Assembly: GCA_031459385.1 (NCBI GenBank)
Contig: JAVKIP010000001.1
Span: 32,001-96,000 of the forward strand
Length of the DNA: 64,000 bases
Source of the DNA: Candidatus Fervidifonticultor secundus
GTDB lineage: Bacteria; Sysuimicrobiota; Sysuimicrobiia; Sysuimicrobiales; Humicultoraceae
Direction: 5' to 3'
Below, piece by piece: positions 52,715 to 61,571 of the stretch (position 1 is its first letter; every line of letters begins with the position of its first letter). The notes below the pieces were generated by a model. That model did not search any database. It had not been told where the DNA came from and worked only from the letters and a program-made list of their open reading frames with translations. The translations under genes were made by a program, and so were the position numbers.

Positions 52715-53580
52715 GAACCGCCCTTCGCCAGGAGCCCGCCCGGCCGGTACAGCAGGACGAGGGCCATGACGCCGAAGATGAAGAACAGGGAGAAGTCGGG
52801 TAGCAGCGCCTTGCCGAACGTGTCGGCCTGGCCGATGAGGATGCTCCCCCAGAACGAACCCGACAGGCTGCCGAGCCCGCCGGTGACCACGACGATCAGC
52901 GCCAGCATCAGGATCTCGGCGTCCAGCCCGGGCGCCACGCCGATGATCGGCCCCGCCACGACCCCCGCGAGCGCGGCCAGGCCGCACCCAAACGCGAATG
53001 TGTGGGCGAAGACCCGGCCGATGTCGATGCCCAGGTTGCGGACCATGGTGCGGTTGCTGACGCCCGCCCGGATGACGGCCCCCCAGCGGGTGCGCTCGAC
53101 CAGCACCCACAGCACCCCCGCGGCCAGCAGGCCGAAGGCGATGACGAACAGCCGGTACTTGGGGTAGAAGAGCGGGCCCAGGGCCAGGGCCCCGGTGAGC
53201 CCGGGCGGCGCGGGAATCGCCTCTTCGAACGCGCCCCAGACGTGCCGCGCCTGGTCGGCCAGCACGAAGGCCAGGCCCAGCGTGAGCAGCACCTGGTCCA
53301 GGTGGCCGCGGGCGTAGAGCGGTCGGATCAGCGCGATCTCGATGGCGTAGCCCAGCAGGGCCACGGTCACCGGCGCCACCACCAGCGCCAGCCAGAAGTT
53401 CCCCGCGGTCTTGACCACCGACAGCCCGATGTAGGCCCCGATGAGGTAGAAGGTGCCGTGGGCCAGGTTCAGGACGTCCATCAGGCCGAAGATGAGCGTC
53501 AGGCCCACGGCCACCAGGAAGAGCGTCATGGCGAAGGAGGCGCCGTTGAGGAACTGCTGCGCGAGGAAGATCGGGTCCAT
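52711..53580 (-). CDS. ABC permease (LivH-like)
   Basis: GLTLIFGLMDVLNLAHG, YPKYRL, VVVTGGLGS. Confidence 0.93.
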   Translation of the reverse strand: MDPIFLAQQFLNGASFAMTLFLVAVGLTLIFGLMDVLNLAHGTFYLIGAYIGLSVVKTAGNFWLALVVAPVTVALLGYAIEIALIRPLYARGHLDQVLLTLGLAFVLADQARHVWGAFEEAIPAPPGLTGALALGPLFYPKYRLFVIAFGLLAAGVLWVLVERTRWGAVIRAGVSNRTMVRNLGIDIGRVFAHTFAFGCGLAALAGVVAGPIIGVAPGLDAEILMLALIVVVTGGLGSLSGSFWGSILIGQADTFGKALLPDFSLFFIFGVMALVLLYRPGGLLAKGGS

Positions 53581-53595
53581 CAGGGGGCCCGGGCG

Positions 53596-53623
53596 GCGGG
53601 CGGCCGAGGCCCCGGCCGCCCGC
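53596..53623 (-). terminator. Intercistronic stem-loop after the SBP gene
   Basis: Perfect 11-bp inverted repeat GCGGGCGGCCG / CGGCCGCCCGC with 6-nt loop, no U-tract. Confidence 0.5.
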
Positions 53624-53644
53624 GGGCGCAGCGCGCAGGCGCGC

Positions 53645-54838
53645 TTACCTGGTGACGCCCGGATCCTTCCAGTTGGTCAGCACCTTCAGCACGCGGGGCA
53701 CGACCGCGTCGCCCTCCCGGACGACCTCGTAGATGTAGATCGTCAGGATGACGTTGTTGGTCTCCGGGTCGATCTTGAACGGCCCGCGGGGCCCCCGGAA
53801 CGTGACGCCCCGCAGCGCCTCGATGAATCGCTGCTGGTTGGAGGTGTCGCCGTTGACCTTCTTCAACCCCTCGGCGATCATGATGGCCGTCTCGTAGGCC
53901 TGGGCCGCGTACACGTCCGGCGTCCGGTTGTACTTCTGCCGGAAGCCGGCGACGAACTTCCGGTTCTCCGGGTAGCCCAGCGTGGAGATCCACGCCAGCG
54001 CGCCCTTCATGCCCACGGCCGCCTCGCCCACGACCGGCAGGATGTCGTCGCCGATCATGAACCCGTTGCAGATGATGTTGGTCCCGGTCATGCCGAACTC
54101 GCGCCACTGCCGGATCAGGCGGATGGCGTCGGCGCCCGCGGCGAAGCAGTAGACCAGGTCGGCGTTCTGCATTGCCAGCCGCACCCGGCCCAGGTAGGGG
54201 GCGAAGTCGGGCGTTCCCAGCGGATACCAGATCTCCTCCACGACGCGCCCGCCCGCGGGCTCGAAGGTGTCCTTGAACGCCCGGACGTTGTCGCGGCCGA
54301 CCTGGTAGTCGGCCTGCAGCGTCACCGCCCGCTTCCCGATGTTTCGGGCCGCCCACTCACCCTGCGACGCCGCGATCTGCCAGTTGGTGAACGACGTGCG
54401 AAACAGCCACGGGCTGCGCTTCTCGCGCGTGGCGCCGTCGAAGCCGGCGTTGGAGATGATGGTGACGACCCGTGCGTCCCGGATGGGGTCCACCAGGGCG
54501 GCCAGCGACCCGGAGGAGACCACGCCGGTCACCAGGTCGACCCGATCCTGCTCGACGAACTTCCGAAACTTGCGCACCGCCACCTCGGTGCTCGGGACGC
54601 CCTCGTCCTCCTTGATCAGGACGAGCCGGCGCCCGGCCGCCGTCCAGCCGATGGACTCGAAGTACATCTCGGTGGCCTGCGTCATAGACTCGCCCAGGCG
54701 GGCGAAGACGCCCGAGTAGGGCAGCAGGAGGCCGATCTTGAAGTCGCGCGCCGCCGCGGGAAACACTGACGGCGCCAGCACGGTTCCCAGGACAACGACC
54801 GCCATCAGGCTGATCATGCCGCGCACTCGGTACCGCAT
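53645..54838 (-). CDS. ABC substrate-binding protein (LivK fold; resembles the aromatic acid-binding subfamily)
   Basis: KIGLLLPYSG, GVVSSG, ISNAG, FRTSFTNWQ, DFAPYL, GPRGPF. Confidence 0.88.
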   Translation of the reverse strand: MRYRVRGMISLMAVVVLGTVLAPSVFPAAARDFKIGLLLPYSGVFARLGESMTQATEMYFESIGWTAAGRRLVLIKEDEGVPSTEVAVRKFRKFVEQDRVDLVTGVVSSGSLAALVDPIRDARVVTIISNAGFDGATREKRSPWLFRTSFTNWQIAASQGEWAARNIGKRAVTLQADYQVGRDNVRAFKDTFEPAGGRVVEEIWYPLGTPDFAPYLGRVRLAMQNADLVYCFAAGADAIRLIRQWREFGMTGTNIICNGFMIGDDILPVVGEAAVGMKGALAWISTLGYPENRKFVAGFRQKYNRTPDVYAAQAYETAIMIAEGLKKVNGDTSNQQRFIEALRGVTFRGPRGPFKIDPETNNVILTIYIYEVVREGDAVVPRVLKVLTNWKDPGVTR

Positions 54839-54896
54839 GCGCCACCACCCCCAGACGTCCTGGCCGGGCCGCCGTCGGCTCAGGCGTGAGCCCAGT

Positions 54897-54924
54897 ATTC
54901 GGAACGGGGAAGGGGCCGCCCTGC
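54897..54924 (-). promoter_or_regulatory. Putative sigma-H-like promoter (GCAGGG-N18-GAAT)
   Basis: About 60 nt upstream of the SBP start; recurrent motif. Confidence 0.5.
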
Positions 54925-54951
54925 CGCACAGGACCCGGCGGCGCAGTGCGG

Positions 54952-56952
54952 CTACCCCGTGCCCGCTGGCCGCCAGCCGGGCCACGCCAGGGCTGGCCAC
55001 TCACAGAGGTCCGCTCGACCCGCCAGGACGATGGCGTTGACCTCGCCCACGGAGCGGCGGCCACCTACGAGCGCGGTGGGGAGCCCGACTGCGTGGCGCA
55101 GCAGGTCGCTGGTGAACACCTGGGCGATGGCGGGCGACCCGATCACGCCGGCAGCGGCCGCGCCGCGTGCTCTGCGCGGCGCCGATCCCACAACGAACAG
55201 GCCGCACCCGGCGGCCTTCGAGGCCCGCGCGGTCTCGAGCCCGCGAGCCACCTCGCGGTGGTCATGGGGGTCGACCCACGCGGAGATCGCTACCGCCAGC
55301 GGGCGGCCCGCGGGCCAGGCCACGCGGGCCGCCCGGACGGTCTCGGCGTCACTTCCCTCGCCCAGGACGATCATGTCCACGCCGGCTGCTGCCAGCGCTT
55401 CCAGCGAAACGACCGTGGCCGGCCGGTCCCCAGATGCGTGGATCGCCTCCCCTGCGGCCAGCCGGACGCCGAGCCGGCTGCCGGCTGCGTGGACCGCGTC
55501 TGCCACGTGGTACCATGCGCACGGTGCGGCCTCGAGCGGGGCGCCAGCGGGGGCCCGCGGACCGACCAGCACCAGACCCGCGCCGGCCGCGGCCGCCTGC
55601 GCCGCCCGGCCCGCCAGGGAGCCCGGCCCGGCCCCGACCACAGCCACGATGCGGTTGCGCAACGCGAGGCTCTCGAGGACGAGCGGCTGCGCGTACGGCA
55701 AAGCGCTCGGGCGGCCGCAGGCCGCGGCGAACCCGCGCTCGACCTCCTCCAGCGCGCGGCGGTCCCGCACGGCCAGCGCACCGTAGGAGAGCAGCGGCGC
55801 ACGGCTCAGGTGGTGGAAGGCGAACCGGGCAGGCGGTGCCGCCACGAACCAGCGGAACTGCTCCCACCACCACCGGCTGGGCTCGGCGGCCTGCTGGATG
55901 CGCGCCACGGCGGGCTGGCGTTCCCGCTCGTAGGCCTCCAGCGCCCCGGCCAGCGTGGCGTGCTCCCGCAGCGCGTCTACCAGCGCGATGGCGTCCTCCA
56001 TGGCCATGCGCGTGCCCGAGCCGACGGAGAAGTGGGCGGTGTGCACCGCATCGCCCAGCAGCACCACCCGGCCGGCGTGCCAGCGCCGACAGCGCACGGT
56101 GCGGAACGCCAGCCACCGCGAGTTGTTGGCCAGCAGGGGCGCGCCCTCCAGGAAGGGCGCGAAGAGGGCCTGACAGTACCGGACGCTCTCGAGTTCGTCG
56201 TTCGCGGCGGTGCGCGCAGCCTCGTCCGCGCCGGCGAGCTCGGCTCCGTGCGCGATGGCGTCGTCCGCGCGGCGGGGCCCGGCCCGGCGCGAGACGGCCT
56301 CGTCCGCGCCGCCGAACCCGGCCCGGCACCAGGTGGTTTCGTCGGTCTCCACGATGACCGTGCTATGCGTGGCGCTGTACGGGTAGACGTGGGCGCCCCA
56401 CCAGCCGTGGGCATCTTCGGCGAAGAGGAACGTCAGGGCGTCGAACACCTTCGTCGTGCCGAGCCAGATGAACCGCGAGCGGCCGGTGTGCACCGAGGCC
56501 CCCAGCGCGTCGGTCAGCGCCGTCCGCGTGGCGCTGTTGACGCCGTCGGCTGCGACCACCAGGTCGTAGTCGTCCAGCGTCTCGAGGTGGGGTGCCTCGG
56601 TCTGAAAGTGCAGGTCCGCGCCCAGCCCGGCGGCGCGTTCCCGCAGCAGGCGTAGCAGCTGCGTCCGTGCGATACCCCAGAAGACGTGCCCGCCGAATCG
56701 CAGCGCGACGCCCCGGTGTCCGTAGGCGATCTCCTCCCACTGCACCGCCGCGGCCGCAAACGCCGCGTGGAGCTCGGGGTCGGCGTCGCGCAGGTAGCGC
56801 AGGCTGCGCTCCGGGAACACGACGCCGAAGCCGTACGTGGCCTCGGGCGCGTTGCGTTCGAAGACCGTGACCCGGCAGCCTGGATCTGCGCGCCGCATCA
56901 GCGCGGCGAAGAACAGGCCGCCCGGTCCCCCGCCGATCACCGCGATGCGCAC
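54952..56952 (-). CDS. FAD-dependent monooxygenase, salicylyl-CoA 5-hydroxylase / anthraniloyl-CoA monooxygenase-like, with degenerate C-terminal OYE-type domain
   Basis: IGGGPGGL, TYGFGVVF, ADGVNS, LLGDAVHTAHFSVGSGTRMAMEDA; C-terminal LRNRIV and GRADLC; RBS GAGGAGG before the GTG. Confidence 0.85.
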   Translation of the reverse strand: MRIAVIGGGPGGLFFAALMRRADPGCRVTVFERNAPEATYGFGVVFPERSLRYLRDADPELHAAFAAAAVQWEEIAYGHRGVALRFGGHVFWGIARTQLLRLLRERAAGLGADLHFQTEAPHLETLDDYDLVVAADGVNSATRTALTDALGASVHTGRSRFIWLGTTKVFDALTFLFAEDAHGWWGAHVYPYSATHSTVIVETDETTWCRAGFGGADEAVSRRAGPRRADDAIAHGAELAGADEAARTAANDELESVRYCQALFAPFLEGAPLLANNSRWLAFRTVRCRRWHAGRVVLLGDAVHTAHFSVGSGTRMAMEDAIALVDALREHATLAGALEAYERERQPAVARIQQAAEPSRWWWEQFRWFVAAPPARFAFHHLSRAPLLSYGALAVRDRRALEEVERGFAAACGRPSALPYAQPLVLESLALRNRIVAVVGAGPGSLAGRAAQAAAAGAGLVLVGPRAPAGAPLEAAPCAWYHVADAVHAAGSRLGVRLAAGEAIHASGDRPATVVSLEALAAAGVDMIVLGEGSDAETVRAARVAWPAGRPLAVAISAWVDPHDHREVARGLETARASKAAGCGLFVVGSAPRRARGAAAAGVIGSPAIAQVFTSDLLRHAVGLPTALVGGRRSVGEVNAIVLAGRADLCEWPALAWPGWRPAGTG
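56219..56335. repeat. Three degenerate 39-nt tandem repeats inside the monooxygenase CDS
   Basis: Units start GC(C/G)TCGTCCGCGC at 56219, 56258 and 56297; they encode TWCRAGFGGADEA / VSRRAGPRRADDA / IAHGAELAGADEA. Confidence 0.75.
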
Positions 56953-57082
56953 CCCGCCCTCCTCATCATCCACCGTGTCGTCGCGTGTCCGTGCTGTCCG
57001 ACGCCGGCGGTGCGTCTGCGCGCCGTCGGCGCGTTCTCGCCATACGGCAGGGCGCTGGGATGTCCGCCGCCGTGCTGGCGGA

Positions 57083-57194
57083 GTTCGCACACCCGCCCGA
57101 GGCTCCCTCCACTGCGCGGGACACCCCGCACGCGAGGCCCCGACGCGCTCGACGCCGGCCACCGGGCAGGGGGACAGCCCGGCGCCCAGCGAAA
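57083..57194. promoter_or_regulatory. Divergent pair of putative sigma-H-like promoters
   Basis: Minus strand GGAGGG-N18-GAAC (57083-57110); plus strand GCAGGG-N19-GAAA (57166-57194). Confidence 0.45.
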
Positions 57195-57202
57195 TTGCCC
57201 GC

Positions 57203-58408
57203 ATGACACCGTCCAGCGTGCTGGCCGCCCGGCTCACCGACCGCGTCGTCTTCGACGCGCTCCTGCGCGACAGCGAGGTCTTCCTCACCGTCGGCGGCGG
57301 TGACGTGATCCAGCTCAGCGTGGGCGACCCCGACCTGCCCACCCCGGCGCACATCCTCGAGGCCGCCCGCGCCGCGCTGCGGCCGGGGCTGCTGCGCTAC
57401 ACGCACTGGCAGGGCCTCCCCGAGCTGCGGGCCGCGATCGCTGAGGCCCTGGCCCGCGACGTCGGCGTGCGCTACGCGGCCGAGGAGATCGTCGTCACCG
57501 CCGGCGCCGAGCAGGCGCTGTTCGTCACGCTCCTGGCGCTGGTGGGGCCAGGCGACGAGGTGGTCTTCGCCGATCCCTACTTCCACGCGTTGCCGCGCCT
57601 GGTGGGCATCGCCGGTGGCGTGTCGGTGCCGGTGCCGACCGAGGAAGCCGATGGTTTCGTGCTGCGGCCCGAGGTGGTGGAGCGGCACCTGGGGCCGCGG
57701 GCCAAGGTGCTGGTGGTCGTGAGCCCGTCCAACCCCACCGGCGCCGTGCTGCCGCGCGACGTCGTGGAGGGGCTGGCGGACGTGGCGCGGCGGCGCGACC
57801 TGCTGGTGGTGAGCGACGAGGTCTACGCCCGGATCCTCTACGACGACGCGCGCCACCACTCCATCGCATCCCTGCCCGGCATGCGCGAGCGGACGGTCCT
57901 GGTTGGCGGGTTCTCGAAGACCTACTCCATGACGGGCTTCCGGCTGGGCTACCTGGCGGCCCCGGCCGACGTCGTCGTCGGCCTGCACAGCCTGAAGGAG
58001 CCCATGGACATCTGCGCCTCGGCCGTGGCGCAGCGGGCCGGTCTGGCGGCGCTGGCCGGCCCGCACGACTTCCTGCGCGACTACCTGGCCGCGTACGACG
58101 CGCGCCGCCGCATCCTGATGGCCGGCCTCGACGCCGCGGGCATCTCCTACGCGCGGCCGGCGGGCGGCTTCTTCCTCTTCGCCGACGTCGCGCGCTTCGG
58201 CCTGCGCAGCGTCGAGTTCTGCCGGCGCCTCATCGCCGAGGCGCGCGTCGTCGTCTTCCCGGGGACGATGGCCAGCACCCGCGAGGGCTATGTGCGGATG
58301 TCGTGGCTGCAGCCCGAGGAGCGGCTGCGCGAGGGGCTGGCGCGGTTGCGCGCCTTCGTGGAGCGCCTGGCCCAGGAGTCGCCGGCCCGGGAGGGGACAC
58401 CGCCATGA
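57203..58408 (+). CDS. PLP-dependent aminotransferase class I/II
   Basis: LSVGDPD, SPSNPTG, SDEVY, GFSKTYSMTGFRLG (PLP lysine). Confidence 0.92.
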   Translation: MTPSSVLAARLTDRVVFDALLRDSEVFLTVGGGDVIQLSVGDPDLPTPAHILEAARAALRPGLLRYTHWQGLPELRAAIAEALARDVGVRYAAEEIVVTAGAEQALFVTLLALVGPGDEVVFADPYFHALPRLVGIAGGVSVPVPTEEADGFVLRPEVVERHLGPRAKVLVVVSPSNPTGAVLPRDVVEGLADVARRRDLLVVSDEVYARILYDDARHHSIASLPGMRERTVLVGGFSKTYSMTGFRLGYLAAPADVVVGLHSLKEPMDICASAVAQRAGLAALAGPHDFLRDYLAAYDARRRILMAGLDAAGISYARPAGGFFLFADVARFGLRSVEFCRRLIAEARVVVFPGTMASTREGYVRMSWLQPEERLREGLARLRAFVERLAQESPAREGTPP

Positions 58409-59889
58409 ACTGCGACCTCTGTTTCGTCCCGGCGGTGACGCTCGCCCGGCTCTACCGCGCGCGCCAGGTCTCGCCGTTCGAGGTCATGGAGGCCGTGCTG
58501 GCGCAGGTCGACGCCGTCAACCCGCGCATCAACGCGGTGGTCACCCTGGCCCGCGAGCAGGCGCTGGAAGCCGCGCGCGCCGCCACCCGGCGCCAGCGAC
58601 GGGGAGCAGCGCTTTCGCCGCTGTTTGGCATCCCCGTAACGATCAAAGACCTCACCCCCACCGCAGGCCTGCGCACGACGTGGGGGTCGAAGGTCTTCGA
58701 GCACCACGTGCCGGAGGAGGACGCGCTCGTCGTCCAGCGGCTCAAGGCCGCCGGCGCCATCGTCCTGGGGAAGACGAACACGCCCGAGTTCGGGGCAGGG
58801 GGCAACACCTTCAACCCCGTCTTTGGCCCCACGCGCAACCCATGGGACCTCGCACGAACCGCCGGCGGCTCCAGCGGCGGGGCTGCGGCGGCGCTGGCCG
58901 CCGGCCTGGGGCCGCTGGCGCAGGGCTCGGACCTCGGCGGGTCGCTGCGCGTCCCCGCGGCGTTCTGCGGCGTGGTGGGGTTTCGGACCACCGCCGGCCT
59001 GGTGCCGGTGTACCCCAGCGAGTTCGCCTGGGATACGCTGGCGGTGGCGGGGCCCATGGCGCGCACCGTGGCCGACGTGGCACTCATGCTCTCGGTGATC
59101 GCCGGCCCCGACGACCGCGCGCCGCTCTCCTGCGAGGTCGACACCGCCGCGTTTCTGCGCGCGGTGCGCGCGCCCTCGGTGCGTGGTTGGCGTGTGGCGT
59201 GGACACCCGACCTCGGCGGGCTCCTCCCCGTGCATGCGGAGGTCGCAGCGGCGGTCGAGGGCGCGGCGGGCGTCTTCCGGCGGCTCGGCGCGCGCGTCAC
59301 CGCCGCGGCGCCCGCGGTGACCCTCGACGAGGTCGACGAGATCATGCTGGGGACGCGCGGCCCGTTCATGGTCGGCCTGCACGCCGACAGGCTCGACCGC
59401 TGGCGGCACGTGATGACGCCACACCTGGTGTGGAACATCGAGCAGGGGCTGGCCCTGTCGCCGCGCGCCATCGCCCGGGCCGAGCAGCGGCGCACCGCCC
59501 TGTGGCACCGGACCCGGGGGTTCATGGAGGCGTACGACCTCCTCCTCCTGCCCACCACGCCAATCCCGCCGTTTCCCGTGGAGCAGCCGTATCCGACCGA
59601 ACTCGGCGGGCAGCCCATGCGCCATTACCTCCACTGGCTGTACCTGACCTACGCGATCACCCTGACGGGCCTCCCGGCGATCTCGGTCCCCTGCGGGCTC
59701 ACCCGCGCTGGCCTGCCGGTAGGCCTGCAGATCGTCGGCCGCCGTCGCGCCGAGGCCGCGGTCCTGCGGGCGGCAGCCGCGTACGAGCGCGCGGCGCCCT
59801 GGGCGCATCTCATCCCGCCGGCGGCACGACCGGCGGTCGCCCCGGGGGCACGCGGCGAGCCCGTCGCACTCCGCCGTCGAGGACCTTGA
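58405..59889 (+). CDS. Amidase signature family enzyme
   Basis: GIPVTIKD, GKTNTPEF, GGSSGG, GSDLGGSLRVPA (Ser-cisSer-Lys triad). Confidence 0.93.
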   Translation: MNCDLCFVPAVTLARLYRARQVSPFEVMEAVLAQVDAVNPRINAVVTLAREQALEAARAATRRQRRGAALSPLFGIPVTIKDLTPTAGLRTTWGSKVFEHHVPEEDALVVQRLKAAGAIVLGKTNTPEFGAGGNTFNPVFGPTRNPWDLARTAGGSSGGAAAALAAGLGPLAQGSDLGGSLRVPAAFCGVVGFRTTAGLVPVYPSEFAWDTLAVAGPMARTVADVALMLSVIAGPDDRAPLSCEVDTAAFLRAVRAPSVRGWRVAWTPDLGGLLPVHAEVAAAVEGAAGVFRRLGARVTAAAPAVTLDEVDEIMLGTRGPFMVGLHADRLDRWRHVMTPHLVWNIEQGLALSPRAIARAEQRRTALWHRTRGFMEAYDLLLLPTTPIPPFPVEQPYPTELGGQPMRHYLHWLYLTYAITLTGLPAISVPCGLTRAGLPVGLQIVGRRRAEAAVLRAAAAYERAAPWAHLIPPAARPAVAPGARGEPVALRRRGP

Positions 59890-60012
59890 CCGCAGCCCGC
59901 AGTTGCTGACCCCGACCCGCCGGACGCTGCCGGACATGGCGTTCCCGGTTGGGGTGCAGGAGTTCCCGTCGTTGCGCTGCAGGCGTAAGCGAACGCCAGC
60001 GAGGTCTCTGCG

Positions 60013-60537
60013 GTGGGCGACGTTCTGCTGATCGCCGGCCGCCCCGGCGTGGGCAAGACCACGCTGCTGCGGACGCTGGCCGCCGACCTCGGTCCGAGGG
60101 CCGGGGGGTTCTACACCGAGGAGATCCGCGAGGGCGACCGGCGCGTGGGGTTCCGGCTGGTGACCCTCGACGGGCGGGCGGCGGTGTTCGCGCACGTGCG
60201 CCTGGCGGCACGGGCATCGTACCGGGTGGGGCGGTACGGCGTGGAGATCGAGATCCTGGAGCGTCTGGGGGTGGCGAGCGTGCGCGAGGCCGCGGCGCGC
60301 GGACAGGTCGTGCTGATCGATGAGATCGGCAAAATGGAGCTGGCCAGCGCAGCGTTCTGCTGCGCCGTGGACGAGGTGGCCGACGGCCCGGTGCCGCTGG
60401 TGGCCACCGTGACGCTTGCAGCCCACCCGTGGGCCGACGCGTTCAAGCGCCGTCCGACCGTCACGCTGCTGAGGCTGACACCGACGGCTCGGGACAAGGT
60501 GCTGGCGGCGGCGCGTGCCTGGCTGGCGATGCGGTGA
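60013..60537 (+). CDS. Nucleoside-triphosphatase (THEP1/NTPCR family)
   Basis: GRPGVGKTT, GGFYTEEIRE...RVGF, VGRYGV, IDEIGKME. Confidence 0.9.
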   Translation: MGDVLLIAGRPGVGKTTLLRTLAADLGPRAGGFYTEEIREGDRRVGFRLVTLDGRAAVFAHVRLAARASYRVGRYGVEIEILERLGVASVREAAARGQVVLIDEIGKMELASAAFCCAVDEVADGPVPLVATVTLAAHPWADAFKRRPTVTLLRLTPTARDKVLAAARAWLAMR

Positions 60538-60547
60538 CGGGTCCGGT

Positions 60548-61354
60548 CTACCGCTCCAGGAAGGTGCGCGCCTCCCACAGCAGCGGGAAGAACCTCTTGC
60601 CCAGCGTGGTGCGCAGATACTCGACGCCGCCCGACCCCATGGCGTCGTAGCCCTCGCCCATGACCCGCGCTACGGACTTCTGGCCGGTCCCCGGCCGCGC
60701 GCCGATCATGCGCTCCACCATGAGGATGTGTCGGTGGCGCCACAGGCTCCAGCGCTGGTCGTACTCGATCATCGCCTCCAGCAGCTCGTGGAGGTCGGCC
60801 AGGGCGGCCTCGCGCTGGATGCGGATGGCGGTCTGCACGATCTCGGCCTCGCCGGCGGCCGGCAGGGCCCGGCGCCGCAGGAGCGCCACGAACGCGTCCC
60901 AGACCGTGGGCTCGTTTAGACGGCGCGCCAGGGCCGCGGCGTCGTCGGGAGCGTCGTCGAACGCGCGCAGGTACTGCGCCTCCTTGAGGCCGGAGAGGAA
61001 TTCGATCTCCCGGAACTGCCGGCTCTGAAACCCGCTGGCCGGCTTCAGGTCCGACCGGAACTCGAGGAAGTCGTGAGGGCGCATCGTCTCGATGATGGCG
61101 AACCCAGCCATCAGGCCGTCGACGATGACCGCCGCGCGGCGCAGCAGGTGGACGGCCGTCAGGACGTCGTCGCGCGCCAGGGCCGCGCGCGCCGACTCCA
61201 GCTCGAAGAGCAGCAGTTTGAACCACAGTTCGAAGACCTGATGGACGACGATGAACTGCAGCTCGTCGTGGGCGGCGGTCAGCCGGCGCTGCAGGCGCAG
61301 CAGGTCGTCGACCCGCAGGTACGCGCCGTACGTGAGCGAACCGCCGGCCGCCAT
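60548..61354 (-). CDS. kynA: Tryptophan 2,3-dioxygenase
   Basis: TY..YL...LL.LQ, HDELQFIVVHQ..ELWFK, FR..L.PASGFQS.QFR.IEF, WR.RH (heme His), FFP.LW..R. Confidence 0.9.
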   Translation of the reverse strand: MAAGGSLTYGAYLRVDDLLRLQRRLTAAHDELQFIVVHQVFELWFKLLLFELESARAALARDDVLTAVHLLRRAAVIVDGLMAGFAIIETMRPHDFLEFRSDLKPASGFQSRQFREIEFLSGLKEAQYLRAFDDAPDDAAALARRLNEPTVWDAFVALLRRRALPAAGEAEIVQTAIRIQREAALADLHELLEAMIEYDQRWSLWRHRHILMVERMIGARPGTGQKSVARVMGEGYDAMGSGGVEYLRTTLGKRFFPLLWEARTFLER

Positions 61355-61364
61355 GGCGCCCCGA

Positions 61365-61571
61365 CTAGACGCCCAGGTCGTAGAGCTGCTCGTGCTGGAG
61401 CTGCAGGTCGTTGGTTGCCTGCCACAGGCAGGCCAGGGCCTTGCGCACGTTGCGCGCGGCGCACGGCGGCAGGGTCTCCCGCGCCGCCAGACGCTTGAGG
61501 GCGTCGTAGGCCCGCAGCAGCTCCTGCTCGTCGGCATCCAGCGGCCTGCCCAGCAGGTCGGTGGTGGTCAT
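61365..61571 (-). CDS. Small hypothetical protein (68 aa)
   Basis: ATG overlaps the CoA-ligase stop (ATGA), RBS GGGGGA, normal GC3-biased codons; MTTTDLLGRPL...LYDLGV. Confidence 0.75.
   Translation of the reverse strand: MTTTDLLGRPLDADEQELLRAYDALKRLAARETLPPCAARNVRKALACLWQATNDLQLQHEQLYDLGV

Noticed and set aside
56219..56335. Possible CRISPR-like array
   Set aside because: Only three degenerate in-frame units with no spacers and no cas genes; a coding tandem repeat.
59956..59994. GCAGGAGTT as another sigma-H-like promoter before the NTPase
   Set aside because: No GAA at 17-19 nt spacing, so not counted.
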